This document shows positions 49,579-60,100 of a stretch of 64,000 bases of DNA, in pieces. Made by a program: the position numbers and the translations under genes. The DNA comes from an uncultured Victivallis sp. (GTDB lineage Bacteria; Verrucomicrobiota; Lentisphaeria; Victivallales; GWF2-50-93): NCBI GenBank assembly GCA_964540865.1, contig CAZION010000016.1, positions 2,914 to 66,913 of the forward strand, in the 5' to 3' direction. Position 1 is the first letter of the stretch; each line of letters opens with the position of its first letter. The notes under the pieces are model-generated. The model made no database searches and was not told the origin of the DNA. It saw only the letters and a list, made by a program, of their open reading frames with translations.

Positions 49579-50598
49579 ATGTGGAATATCTTTGGCACAA
49601 ATAAAAAAGACGGCGAATCTTCGGTACTCGTTGACGTAAAACCCAGTATTGAATTGCTGAACGGAAACTGCTTTGAGTGCGGCTCCTGTTATACCGTCCT
49701 TAGCCTGATGAACTTTACCCCGCTGTCAATGGAGAAATGCACACAGTGTGAAGCTCCAATATTTATTCCTTACAATATCAAGGACTTCTGGCTTTACCGC
49801 CCTCTTGGCGGGGGTGGAATGGGCAGTGTTTACAAGGCGGTTCATTACAAATATCCTAATATGGAGTTTGCCGTTAAAATATTACCTAGGAACAATAGGG
49901 CTGATCAATGGTTAATTGAGGCTCTACTAAAAGAGGCGAGCATTGGTAAGACATTTGGCAGGCATCCCCATCTCACATCCGTTGCCGACTATGGTTGTTA
50001 CGGAAACGAATATTTCTGTGCCATGGAGTTTTGTGAAGGCAGAAGGCTGGATCAGATTATTGAGTCAGCAGATACGATTCCTCAGAAATATGTGCTTCTC
50101 TGGGCCCTTCAGATTCTTTCAGCCGAACAGAGAATCCACGATTGCGGCTACCTCTACAGGGATCTAAAACCCCAAAACCTATTAATTGACAAAGAGGGAA
50201 ACGCCCATATAATAGATTATGGTATTTGCGTAAAAATTGAAGAAGCTACAAATAAAGATGTAAAAACCGTGTCCGGCTCCCCACTATATATGCCTCCTGA
50301 AAGAATTTGCGGCATGCCCGAAAACATGAGCAGCGAGATCTACAGCCTAGGAATGGTTATGTTTCATGCTCTTGCCAGAAAAACCTACTATACTGCAACC
50401 GGAGCATTCGAAGTTGCAAAAAAGCATGTGTCCAGTCTTAGAATAGCCAATGTCGTAAACCGAATGCCTGGCAATGTAAGTCCGAAAATCGCTAATATAC
50501 TAGATAAAATGCTTGCCAGGATACCAGCAGAACGCTATCAGACATACAAGGAAACCGCCATGGCAATCAAAGATGTATATAATTCCCTGAGAAGCTAG
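49579..50598 (+). CDS. serine/threonine protein kinase with N-terminal zinc ribbon
   Basis: The 339 aa ORF has CFECGSCY...CTQCEAP, then LGGGGMGSVYKAVH, FAVKIL, YRDLKPQNLLID, DYG and SPLYMPPE (Hanks-type subdomains). Confidence 0.85.
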   Translation: MWNIFGTNKKDGESSVLVDVKPSIELLNGNCFECGSCYTVLSLMNFTPLSMEKCTQCEAPIFIPYNIKDFWLYRPLGGGGMGSVYKAVHYKYPNMEFAVKILPRNNRADQWLIEALLKEASIGKTFGRHPHLTSVADYGCYGNEYFCAMEFCEGRRLDQIIESADTIPQKYVLLWALQILSAEQRIHDCGYLYRDLKPQNLLIDKEGNAHIIDYGICVKIEEATNKDVKTVSGSPLYMPPERICGMPENMSSEIYSLGMVMFHALARKTYYTATGAFEVAKKHVSSLRIANVVNRMPGNVSPKIANILDKMLARIPAERYQTYKETAMAIKDVYNSLRS

Positions 50599-50624
50599 AG
50601 CAATCCGGGAATTGCTGATTTTTA
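50599..50624. terminator. weak candidate bidirectional hairpin between convergent kinase and ribD genes
   Basis: AGCAAT (50599-604), loop CCGGGA, ATTGCT (50611-16), then GATTTTTA. The stem is only 6 bp. Confidence 0.3.
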
Positions 50625-51644
50625 GATAGGATATCCGCTGATGCAGAGATCCTCACCGATTTTCTTCACACATATGTTTTGGATATTTAAAGCTTCCGAG
50701 AGGCTGGAAGGATTTTCTCCTCCTACAACAGGACGACTATTACTTCCCCCTAGTATTTTGGGCGCAATATGGAATTCTATTTTATTTGCTAGCTTATCTT
50801 TTAGTAGGGATGCCGCAAGTTCACCTCCACCCTCGACAAGCAAAGAAACTACGCCTTCTCTTCCAAGCCGTTTCAATTCCCTAATCCACCCCTGTCTGGA
50901 AGAAACGCTTATTATTTCTGGTTTTTCGCCTTTGCACAGCAGATTCAAAGCGTCTTTTTCTGTGAGCTTTCTGGAAACAATCAGCCTGCGTGGCTGTTTT
51001 ATTTTGCGAAATTCACGAACGGTAAGAGATGGCCTGTCTGTTCTTGCGGTTTCACCTCCGACCATTATCGCATCCGCCCATTGCCTCAGCTTCTGAACCC
51101 TGCGCCTTGCTGCAGAACCGGTAATCCATTTTGATTTCCCGTCTTGCGTTGCAATCTTCCCGTCAAGGGTCATCGCCATTTTTAAAAGCACAAAAGGCCT
51201 TCCCTTTGTTATCCAGTGAAAGAATGCTTCGTTAAGTTCAACGCATTCCTTCTCTCTTATCCCGACAGTCACATCAATTCCGGCTTTTTTAAGTACATCC
51301 ACCCCTTTTCCCGAGTGTTTGGGATTTGGATCAAGGCATCCGACAACGACCCTTTTTATGCCTGCCGATATTATCGCATCCGTGCAGGGGGGGGTTCTTC
51401 CAAAAGTGCAGCATGGTTCCAGCGTAACAAAAAGCGTGGCCCCATCAATCTCCCCCTTTGAGGAATTTATCGCATTGATTTCAGCGTGGGGACATCCTGC
51501 TTTTCTGTGATATCCTTTGCCTATGACCTTATCGTTTTTCACAAGGACTGCTCCAACCATCGGGTTGGGTGAGGTCTGCCCCCAAGCTCGTTTCGCCAGG
51601 GAAACAGCAAGGGACAAGTATTTGGAATCAGAATTAAATTTCAT
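50622..51644 (-). CDS. ribD: bifunctional riboflavin biosynthesis deaminase/reductase RibD
   Basis: The 340 aa ORF has NPMVGAVLVKNDKVIGKGYHRKAGCPHAEINAI, TLEPCCTFGRTPPCTDAI, and a reductase half with LLKMAMTLDGKIA...VEGGGELAASLL. Confidence 0.93.
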   Translation of the reverse strand: MKFNSDSKYLSLAVSLAKRAWGQTSPNPMVGAVLVKNDKVIGKGYHRKAGCPHAEINAINSSKGEIDGATLFVTLEPCCTFGRTPPCTDAIISAGIKRVVVGCLDPNPKHSGKGVDVLKKAGIDVTVGIREKECVELNEAFFHWITKGRPFVLLKMAMTLDGKIATQDGKSKWITGSAARRRVQKLRQWADAIMVGGETARTDRPSLTVREFRKIKQPRRLIVSRKLTEKDALNLLCKGEKPEIISVSSRQGWIRELKRLGREGVVSLLVEGGGELAASLLKDKLANKIEFHIAPKILGGSNSRPVVGGENPSSLSEALNIQNICVKKIGEDLCISGYPI

Positions 51645-51667
51645 AATATCAAGCAGTCCTGAATTTT

Positions 51668-53029
51668 TTATTTTTTCCTCGGATCAAATGAATAAAGACC
51701 AGTGGTTATAGTCCAGGCGTCATCCATCGGCATCTTTTTGTTTTCATGTTCTTTGCCCCATGAGTCGGAGTATATGATCTCATTCTTCTCCTTGTTATAA
51801 CCGGAAATTACGCGCATATGCCCCCCCGCCACCTGCGGAAGCCCCTTCTCCTTCACCACCCCGAGTATCACGCTCCATATGAGCGGGATGCCCAGGTCAA
51901 CGTGTTTCATGATATCACCCTGAAAATTTTTAAATCCGCTTTTATCTTTTTCGCATCTTGCCTTCTTCAGCAGTTCTGGATCCATGTCATTGTAAATTCC
52001 GCCGACATCGATGCTGTTTCCATATGTTATCTGTTTTTTGCCGGCTTTCTTTGCAAATTTGTTGTACTCATTCACCATCCCTATGAACGATTGAATCTTG
52101 ATTTCCTCGTGAGTTCTCACCAACACACCAAACTTAGACTGGACTTTTTTCAGCATATCTAACATTTCCTCAGAGCTGGTTCCTTTTGTGGCAGAAGAGT
52201 TTGAAAGCTGAGCAAGCATGTTCTGATCGACGTCCGTTCCATAATATTTTAGAATACGTTCAGCAGTCGCAACGGCACAGTAACCCTTGGCCCCCTGGTC
52301 AACCATGGGAATATTTTCAATATAAACAAATCCGTCCGCATCCTTCTTCACATTCTGTTTGATGTCTATTGCTGAAGCTGTATCAGCTTTTCTCGGATAG
52401 GACGCTATTCTCCTCGGATCGTTTTTCGGATCGTATTTACCTATTATGATCTTAATGTATTCCGCCCTGAATTTTATTGTCCTGTCTTTCGCCCTGGGAG
52501 CTTCAAGATCCTGTGTCTTGATGCGCTCACTTGCACTCCACCTTAGTTCAATGGCAAGGTTATTGTTCTTAACCCAGACCTTCTTTTCAAGATACATTCC
52601 CGTCTTAAGTCTTTCTTTTGGTATGGTAACCCCCTTGTCCAGGCTCCATCCGTCCAACTTGCCAATCATTTCATCAACTGTCGCCTGAAAAGTTTTTTCA
52701 TCGCTTATATCCCCGGAATCGCCACGATTATAGGTTAAAATTTCAATCTGGCCTACTTTACCCTCTTCAAACCTGATAATTGTCTCCCATGATTTCATGC
52801 CGAGGAATGTCATACCCGGACTATTGCTGTACCCTGGGTATCTGACTTCGTTTTTCTTATCAGAGAGCCATTTGAAATACATTTCATTGCTTCCATCAAG
52901 AAACTTATCGGATGAGATGTCCCAAAGTTTTTCATCATCGATAAAGGTTTCAAGTTTGGAAAAATCGGCAGAGAATGCGTTAAGACAAAACGTAAGTATG
53001 GCTAAAGCCGGGATAAATAGCTTGTTCAT
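51668..53029 (-). CDS. secreted protein with C-terminal papain-fold (C39-like) cysteine peptidase-like domain
   Basis: It has a signal peptide (MNKLFIPALAILTFCLNAFSA). The C-terminal half has GAKGYCAVATAERILKYYG (candidate catalytic Cys) and GGHMRVISGYNKEKNEIIYSDSWG (candidate His). I prefer ATG 53029 over 53035 because of GGAGA spacing. Confidence 0.4.
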   Translation of the reverse strand: MNKLFIPALAILTFCLNAFSADFSKLETFIDDEKLWDISSDKFLDGSNEMYFKWLSDKKNEVRYPGYSNSPGMTFLGMKSWETIIRFEEGKVGQIEILTYNRGDSGDISDEKTFQATVDEMIGKLDGWSLDKGVTIPKERLKTGMYLEKKVWVKNNNLAIELRWSASERIKTQDLEAPRAKDRTIKFRAEYIKIIIGKYDPKNDPRRIASYPRKADTASAIDIKQNVKKDADGFVYIENIPMVDQGAKGYCAVATAERILKYYGTDVDQNMLAQLSNSSATKGTSSEEMLDMLKKVQSKFGVLVRTHEEIKIQSFIGMVNEYNKFAKKAGKKQITYGNSIDVGGIYNDMDPELLKKARCEKDKSGFKNFQGDIMKHVDLGIPLIWSVILGVVKEKGLPQVAGGHMRVISGYNKEKNEIIYSDSWGKEHENKKMPMDDAWTITTGLYSFDPRKK

Positions 53030-53050
53030 TTCCATTCTCCAGCGGATTAT

Positions 53051-53200
53051 TGGATTGCTGGATTAATGGATTGTTGTAAATCAAAGAGTTATGCAAAAAA
53101 TCACCATATGGGAAAAATCCGAAATGCCTATTCTGAAATTTTCTTAAAATCCAGTATCTATGGTTTTTCTTGAACTCAAACCCAATAATCCAGCAATCCA
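53051..53200. repeat. intergenic hairpin element C (TTGAACTCAA core)
   Basis: A perfect 15-bp inverted repeat, TGGATTGCTGGATTA (53051-65) with TAATCCAGCAATCCA (53186-200). The left arm is a run of TGGATT words. The core TTTTTCTTGAACTCAAACCC (53170-79 palindrome-like) lies next to the right arm. Confidence 0.7.
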
Positions 53201-53473
53201 TTAGTCCGTCATCCTGTGGGATGACTGTGAAATCTTTATATTTCATGCCAGGTGAAGGTAGTCAGACGACCGGGTAAAATCAAGATGGAATTTTGAAATT
53301 TGTAGAATTAACGCAATTGCAATCTTCACATTACGCTCTCGGAAAAGAAACTGCTCCAGGCAGAACTGCATGAATTCTCCCAAATACTTGCCACTTACGA
53401 GATTGCTCGGAAAAAGTCTGCATAACTTTCAGCCTCATATTTTGCCAATCTTGGGATATTGATCCGGCAGAAT

Positions 53474-54790
53474 TCAATCCGTATGATACCGGCAGTCGGT
53501 CAGTGTAAGCCATTTCCAGGTTGGAAGTGTAGGGATCTCATAACAATCATGGGTGATGATTTTTTCCTGGTTATACGTGAGGATCATCCCGTGTTTCAAG
53601 TCGAATTCTTTCATCGCCTCGGCAAGCCCTGAGAGTTCACGCTTCTCGTTTTTCTGATTCAACTCCCAGCATACCTGAATGGCCTTGTCGGGTTTTGTTC
53701 CCGATTTCAGGATGAAATCGCATTCTCCTCTGCCTTTGAAGAAAAACAATTGGTTTCCTCTGCGTAAAAGTTCCTGAGCCACTATATTCTCAAGCAGCTT
53801 CCCTCTGTTTTCGGAAAAAGGGGAGCCTAGAAATGAGAAACCGGTATCAATAAGATAAATCTTGCACGGATTCATAGTTCGGACCCTGACGGAATATGAG
53901 AATTTTTCCGACTTGAGAATGAAAAAGGCGCCCTCGAGGAATTTGAGATAATTGGCTAGAGTTCGTTTGCTGCCGTGCAGACCTGCTGACTTCAGCTGTT
54001 TCTCGAATTTAGACACGGAAAATTGTTCGGAGTAATTCTCAAGTATGCTTCTCATGATTCTGTCGAGAATGTGTTCGGCCTTTATCCCATGTCTTTCAAT
54101 GACATCCCGGTGGAATATTGTGTCGTAGTAATTCTGGAGAAGTTTTCTTTTGTCGCCCTGATTGATCTTTGACGCGACTTCAGGATACCCACCATATTGC
54201 AGATAATCGTCGAATGCGGCGAGGACTTCGCCTTTGCGGGCGGTATGCAGTGTGACTTCATCGAATGGGACATTCCTGAATGAGAGGAATTCCATAAATG
54301 AAAACGGGAACATGATCTCATCGGTGTAGCGTCCTCGCAGTTCAGTTGCAATTTCCCTTGAAAGAAGGGAAGAGTTGCTTCCGGAAACTATTATTTTGAA
54401 TTTCCTCCTGTTGTGCAGGGATCTGAGCATTCTGCTCCAGTCCCGGATGTTCTGGACTTCGTCGAAAAACAGATATTGAGGAGTTTTCCCAGTAAGTTTG
54501 TTGAAAGAGACAAAAAGATTGTCAATGTCTTCGGCGACGAAATCCTTGAGTCTGAAATCTTCAAAATCAACAAAGAGGATGTCATCTCTTTTCGCCAGGC
54601 CGGAATCAAGGAGTTCTTTGATAAGCTGGAGCATGAAATATGTTTTTCCGGCTCTGCGCGGACCTACAATGGCGAGAACAGATGTCAGCTCCCCGCATTT
54701 GACAATGGGTTTTAGCCGTGGCGTCAGTGATGGTATTGGTGTGTCGGTAAGCCATTCCGCTATTATATTCTGCAAGATTTCAATTTTCAT
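53474..54790 (-). CDS. AAA-family ATPase with DUF4143 C-terminal domain
   Basis: It has the Walker A motif VGPRRAGKTYFM and Walker B LFFDEVQ, and a C-terminal region typical of DUF4143 (CDFILK...). The start is ATG 54790 (MKIEILQNII) or 54808. Confidence 0.8.
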   Translation of the reverse strand: MKIEILQNIIAEWLTDTPIPSLTPRLKPIVKCGELTSVLAIVGPRRAGKTYFMLQLIKELLDSGLAKRDDILFVDFEDFRLKDFVAEDIDNLFVSFNKLTGKTPQYLFFDEVQNIRDWSRMLRSLHNRRKFKIIVSGSNSSLLSREIATELRGRYTDEIMFPFSFMEFLSFRNVPFDEVTLHTARKGEVLAAFDDYLQYGGYPEVASKINQGDKRKLLQNYYDTIFHRDVIERHGIKAEHILDRIMRSILENYSEQFSVSKFEKQLKSAGLHGSKRTLANYLKFLEGAFFILKSEKFSYSVRVRTMNPCKIYLIDTGFSFLGSPFSENRGKLLENIVAQELLRRGNQLFFFKGRGECDFILKSGTKPDKAIQVCWELNQKNEKRELSGLAEAMKEFDLKHGMILTYNQEKIITHDCYEIPTLPTWKWLTLTDCRYHTD

Positions 54791-54954
54791 AAGGGCACAT
54801 TCTCGCAAACTGTTTACTTGAAGTAAACATTATTATAGCATAGTGTTTACCGATGTCAAATACCGGATATCCGAATAAGCGCTGAAGTTTATTTGGATTG
54901 GAAGCTCATCAACCGCTTTCGGATTTGTCTTTTCCGATAGTATTTCCTGAACAA

Positions 54955-55049
54955 TAAAGAATCTCCTGACGGGCATCCTATCCCCGCTGCAAGCAACGGG
55001 GTATTACGGACGCCCTCCCTCGCCTCACGGCGGGCCGGAGATTCTTTAT
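54955..55049. other. compact GC-rich multi-stem element in AT-rich divergent intergenic region
   Basis: The outer 13-bp stem is ATAAAGAATCTCC (54955-67) with GGAGATTCTTTAT (55037-49). It encloses GGGCATCC/GGACGCCC, the hairpin CCCCG-CTGCAAGCAA-CGGGG, and a CGCC-TCAC-GGCG hairpin. Confidence 0.45.
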
Positions 55050-55169
55050 AACAAAAGAAAATCAAAGCCGCCCCAAGGGTCTGGGAATTTGACCCATTAA
55101 GATGAAAAATCCATAATTTTTTATTGTTTAGAGCTTGACAAAGATCTATTATTATCTAATATTATCGTC

Positions 55170-56273
55170 ATGAAAGCAATAAGTAACAATTTTGAAGATT
55201 TCAGGGTTCAATCGAAAGATTCTTCTTTTACCCAGATAGAACGGCATGTTCTGGAGATGATAAAGAACAGAACGTTGTCGCCGGGTGAAAAGCTTCCACC
55301 GACAAGCAAATTGACAAAACAATGGAGAGTCAGTCCTTACTCAATCCACCAGGCGTTCAAAAGCCTGATGGAAAAAGGTTATTTGACCCGCAAGACCCGT
55401 GGAGGCACCTTCGTCACCGACAAAGCTTCAACGGTAACGAGCAATATTGGATTTTATTACTTCCATGAGCGCAAGCTATTGACATTGTCAGCCGTTGAGG
55501 CCATGCACAAGATTCTTTCGTTAAGCAATTTTGATGTAAAGCTGATCCCATTTGACAGGGATTTTTTTACTGAGATAGATCTTCTGGCTGACGCACGTCG
55601 ACGTGATCTCAAGGGTATAATTATTACCGTACTGAACACGCCCGAGTGTTTGAATGCGATGAAAAAATTGGAGGAATCCGACCTACCTCATCTGCGCTTT
55701 GTCAACCGCGATTTTGACGATCAGCTCAATTCGCCACTGCTGATAGAGAATGACGAAAAGGCTATGGAGGAAATGATCCGCACGCTGCTCGAGAAGGGGC
55801 ATGAGGCTATTGGCTATGTTGGGAGCCCGTCAGCTCTGGGCAGGGAGGCTGTTTATCAAAAAACCGTGGCGTGCACCCGGCGTTATAAGCCGTCATGGCG
55901 CCTAACCACGACTGTTTGGCCGCCGATCGGTTCTCCCTTGCCGAACGGAGCGCAAATGATGAGAGACTACTTGGCTGTCAATCCTGATCTAACCGCTGTG
56001 ATAATTGATCATCCATTGGAGGCGAATTTTTTGATTGATGAGGCTGTACTTATGAATCGTCCAGTACCGGATAGACTCAGCGTTATTTGCATGAAAGACT
56101 GGAGCGAACAGGGAGTTGAGATGAAAGCGAGCGCCTTCTGGTCTTCTCCTCTCCTTAGCGGATCCCTGGCCGCTGAATACCTGCTCTCCATGATGAAAGG
56201 GGAAACTGTTCCCAGACGGATTTACGTTGATTTAGAACTTAAAGACAGAGGTACAATTGGAACTGCGAGCTAA
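55170..56273 (+). CDS. GntR-family HTH regulator fused to a periplasmic-binding-protein (LacI-type sugar-binding) domain
   Basis: The 367 aa ORF has an N-terminal winged helix (GEKLPPTSKLTKQWRVSPYSIHQAFKSLMEKGYLTRKTRGGTFV), followed by a PBP1-like alpha/beta repeat region. Confidence 0.75.
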   Translation: MKAISNNFEDFRVQSKDSSFTQIERHVLEMIKNRTLSPGEKLPPTSKLTKQWRVSPYSIHQAFKSLMEKGYLTRKTRGGTFVTDKASTVTSNIGFYYFHERKLLTLSAVEAMHKILSLSNFDVKLIPFDRDFFTEIDLLADARRRDLKGIIITVLNTPECLNAMKKLEESDLPHLRFVNRDFDDQLNSPLLIENDEKAMEEMIRTLLEKGHEAIGYVGSPSALGREAVYQKTVACTRRYKPSWRLTTTVWPPIGSPLPNGAQMMRDYLAVNPDLTAVIIDHPLEANFLIDEAVLMNRPVPDRLSVICMKDWSEQGVEMKASAFWSSPLLSGSLAAEYLLSMMKGETVPRRIYVDLELKDRGTIGTAS

Positions 56274-56311
56274 AGATGATTTTAGATAACAAATAAACAA
56301 GGAGGCGATTT

Positions 56312-57013
56312 ATGAATACGAGATTTAAAAGATGGTGTAAAACTGGACTGTCTCCTGTACCAGTCGAGATCTGGCGTTGGAAAACTGCAGCACTAAGCAA
56401 GTCATTCACACTGATTGAGCTGTTGGTGGTTATAGCCATTATCGCGATTTTGGCTTCCATGCTGTTACCGGCACTGAGTAGGGCCCGTGGTGTTGCAAAG
56501 AAGATTGTTTGTGTAAGCAATCTAAGGCAATTTTATCTGGGCTTTAGCTCGTACCAAGACGCTTTTAACAGGGATCTGGTCACACAGTCGATAACCAATG
56601 AGAAAAATACTGGTTCCGTTTATTGGAATTATTATAGCAGTTGGGTGGTGCAGGAGATTTGTCCGGGCATGAGCGCTCAAAAATGGATAGACGGAACATC
56701 CATCAATACATGTCCGGCGGAAAACCGTGACTGGTATATACCATATTGCTATGGGAACAATTATGCGCTTGATCATATTAAGAAGGTCAACAAGGTGCCA
56801 AGGCCGGAAAATGTAATGTATCTAATAGATTACAATAGAAGCGCTGGCCCTGGTCTAGACCCAACTAGTGATAGCTCCATCAATCCAAGCAACTCCGCCT
56901 GCCGAGTCGCCTACCGGCATAATGGCTTTGCCAATATCATGTCAGTGGCGGGCAACACCCTTGACACCAAACGATTTCCTCTGGTAACAGATGCTCAACC
57001 GTGGATTCCTTAA
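56312..57013 (+). CDS. prepilin-type N-terminal cleavage/methylation domain protein, H-X9-DG (DUF1559-like) family
   Basis: The 233 aa ORF has [28 protein letters not shown] after a 31 aa leader. The C-terminal segment [15 protein letters not shown] resembles the H-X9-DG motif. The strong RBS AAGGAGG lies 7 nt upstream. Confidence 0.85.
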   Translation: MNTRFKRWCKTGLSPVPVEIWRWKTAALSKSFTLIELLVVIAIIAILASMLLPALSRARGVAKKIVCVSNLRQFYLGFSSYQDAFNRDLVTQSITNEKNTGSVYWNYYSSWVVQEICPGMSAQKWIDGTSINTCPAENRDWYIPYCYGNNYALDHIKKVNKVPRPENVMYLIDYNRSAGPGLDPTSDSSINPSNSACRVAYRHNGFANIMSVAGNTLDTKRFPLVTDAQPWIP

Positions 57014-57104
57014 GTTTTAGAAGTGAACTTTTAACCTTTAAATGGGTTTTTAAAGAAAATATAGGTTGGAATTCAAAATTACTTAAATAGCAAAAAGGAG
57101 AATT

Positions 57105-60100
57105 ATGTTAATGAAATTATTGATTGCTATGATGTTTATTCTGGGAATGGCATGTCACGCATTCGACGGAAATATTCGAATTGACATTGACGCAATGAGA
57201 AATGATATACCGCTGGAGAAAGCCAATGCCAGCCCCGGCTTGAAATGGTTTTATACGCATGCATGGCCCAACTACTTGAACTTGGAAAAACACAATAACC
57301 TAGTTTTTGAGGGAACGGCACCCCTTTCCGAGGAATGGCAGAAATTCGAGTTCGAGTTCACTCCTGGGAAAAGCGAAGAACTAAAGCTTTATGCTCGTGG
57401 CGTATATACCCTGGATGACTCGAAAACTGCTTGGGTCGCTTACACTGGTTTCAAAGAGAGCGGAACGGAACTCAGCAATGGAGATTTTTCTCAAATTAAA
57501 AACGGCGTTCCCGAAGGCTGGCTGATCAACCCGGGTCTGTTCGATACTTCCGCCAAACCACCTTTGATCTACGGCGCTTTTGGTGCTTTCGGCGTGAAAA
57601 CACTCAAGGTTACGGCCGACAAGCGAGTGAGAATATCCTTCATGGCCCGTAAAGGAAAAGAAACAGACTGGAATGAGCTTCCGGTGAGATTCGATAACAA
57701 AGCAATTGAAACTTCTTTGGTTAAACTGGTTAAATTCAAGCTTGATAAAATCGAATTCTTAAAAACTAATTCAATTTCAAATCTTCATAAGCCCGATGCA
57801 AACTATGAATCTGACTTAAAACGTTTGGGGTTAATTTCGTGCAAAATTGGAGATATTAATGATAAAATAATTTCCTGCGTCCCACTAAAAGCTGGCGCAG
57901 TAATGTTGCCCTTCAAGCAGGATTTAAGCATATACGACACTGTAAAAGTTACCATAACACCGTTATCCGGGAGTTTCAAAGCTGCTGATTTTGGGGTCGC
58001 AATCAATCAGGACAAGCAGTATTATCCGGGGAAATTGGAAAATATTTCTGAAATAATTATAAACAAACCCGTCGAATTGCTGTTCGATATTTCTCAGACG
58101 GCAAGAAACAATCCCCAGTATTTTCGTTTTTATTTCAGCAGGACTGGAGATAAAATCGATGAGGAAGAAAAAGATCCATCATGCTTTTGGTTCTTCAGTG
58201 ATATATTGACATTTCCTCCACTGTTCGACAAGGGATTGACGGCAAAGAATATCACGGAGAAGTCCCCGGACAAGAACTTCAAGTTTGGCCGGCCGACACC
58301 GGAACCGCGTTTCGTTGGGAATCCTACACCTTCCGGAAAGGGAAACGTAACTAAAAAGTCCGTTCCGGTGGAACTGCTCGAGGATTACGGCGTGGACCGG
58401 ACGGCCTCGGTTCGATTCGGTTTTCCGCTTCCTGAAGGTGGCCTGTGTGATATAAAAAAGATGCAGGTACTTAATCCTGAGGGAAAGCCGGTCCCTTTCC
58501 AGACTGCAGGCACCGCCTTCTGGCCTGACAAATCGCTGAAATGGGTGCTTTTGCAATTTGATGCACCATTAAAGGCAAATGAAAAAGCAATTTACCAAGT
58601 GGTGTTCGGTGAAAACGTCGACGAAGCTGAAAAGGGTGACACGTTAATCCTGGCGGATAATGGTGATATCATAAGCGTCGATACCGGAAAACTCCAGGCG
58701 ACGATTGACAGAAATAAATTCAACCTGGTCAAGGATGTGAAGATCAAAAGTGGCAGAAAGTGGATAGATGCGGGTGGCTTCGCGGTGAATGGGCTGGAAT
58801 TGCGCGACGAAAATGGACGACTGTTCAGCAGTGCTATGATCGACCCCGAAAGTGTTGAGATCGAAGAGCAGGGGCCGGAACGTATCGTTCTCAGAGTTCG
58901 TGGCAAATATGGCTCCACAGACAAGGATGCCACGAACATGAGCTATGAAGTAAGGCTCTCTTTCGCCCGTGGCTCTGAGAAAGTCGGGATAGCAGTTTCA
59001 ACGACCAACACTAATTTGGAAAATGAGTTTACTGATATCGACAGTCTTTCCTGCGCATTCGTTCCTGCCTCTCCCATTCAGGGGGGTAAGGTTTTGCTGG
59101 ATGCCCAGAACTTGCAGACCATGCGGCAAGGCCCCTGCCAAACCGAGGAAATTGTCCTGAATCCGAATTCTCAGACTCGGCTGTTCCAGGAGGATGAACA
59201 GATCCTATCAGGCGCAAAAGGACATGAGAACTCCAGATTGACTGGAGCTGTCGAAGTGGACACAGCGACAGGGCCGGTTCGTGCTGTTTTGAAAGACTGC
59301 TGGCAACGCTGGCCCAAAGCCTTCTCGGTCAACAAGAAGGAACTGGTTTTCGAGCTGTTGCCAAAACAGCCGTCACGCAACTTTTACCGGAATCTTCCCT
59401 ATTATCTGTTGTTTCCCTTCTGTGAAGGCAAGTATAGGCTGAAATGGGGAGTCAGCTTTACTGAGAATATCGACTTGGATTTTGGAAGTATGAAGTCTTT
59501 GGCCGAGGCGGATGCGGAAACCAATCTGCCTGTAGTAGCAGCGATTCAGAGAGATTGGTACTATCAGACTAAAGTACTGCCTGGGGCGACTCCCGGAGAT
59601 GACCGGCAATTTGATGTCTGGGACGATGCCGTCGCCCGCTGGTTTAATGAGCATATGGAATTTAAAAAGACCCATCATCCCTACGGCTTTTTGAATTACG
59701 GTGACTGGTTTGGCGAACGTGGGGGAACAAACTGGGGCAACAATGAATACGACATCGCCCACGGCCTGTTCATGGATTATATCCGCACGGGCAACCGCGA
59801 CCATTACCGTTGGGCCGTTAGGGCGGCTCAACACGATGCTGATGTCGATACCGTTCATGCCTATCCCGATCCGTACTATGTAGGCGGGGATATCACGCAC
59901 TCGTTCTGTCACAACGCCGGCTGTTTGCTGGGTCGGAAGTTGACGCTGACCCTGTCAAATCCCTACAGCGGAAACGCGCTAGCGTCGAACGGGCATACCT
60001 GGCTGAGAGGCATGGTTGACTCCTGGTTGCTCGCGGGGAATGCCCGGACGCAGGAGTCCGCGCTGACGCTGGGAGAGCATATCGTCTGGAATCCGCCTCT

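Noticed and set aside
52980-53246. The 88-aa ORF on the - strand between the peptidase-like and ATPase genes.
   Set aside because: It is largely a translation of the TGGATT/AATCCA word repeats of hairpin element C. It has no RBS and a low-complexity N/Q/L-rich sequence.
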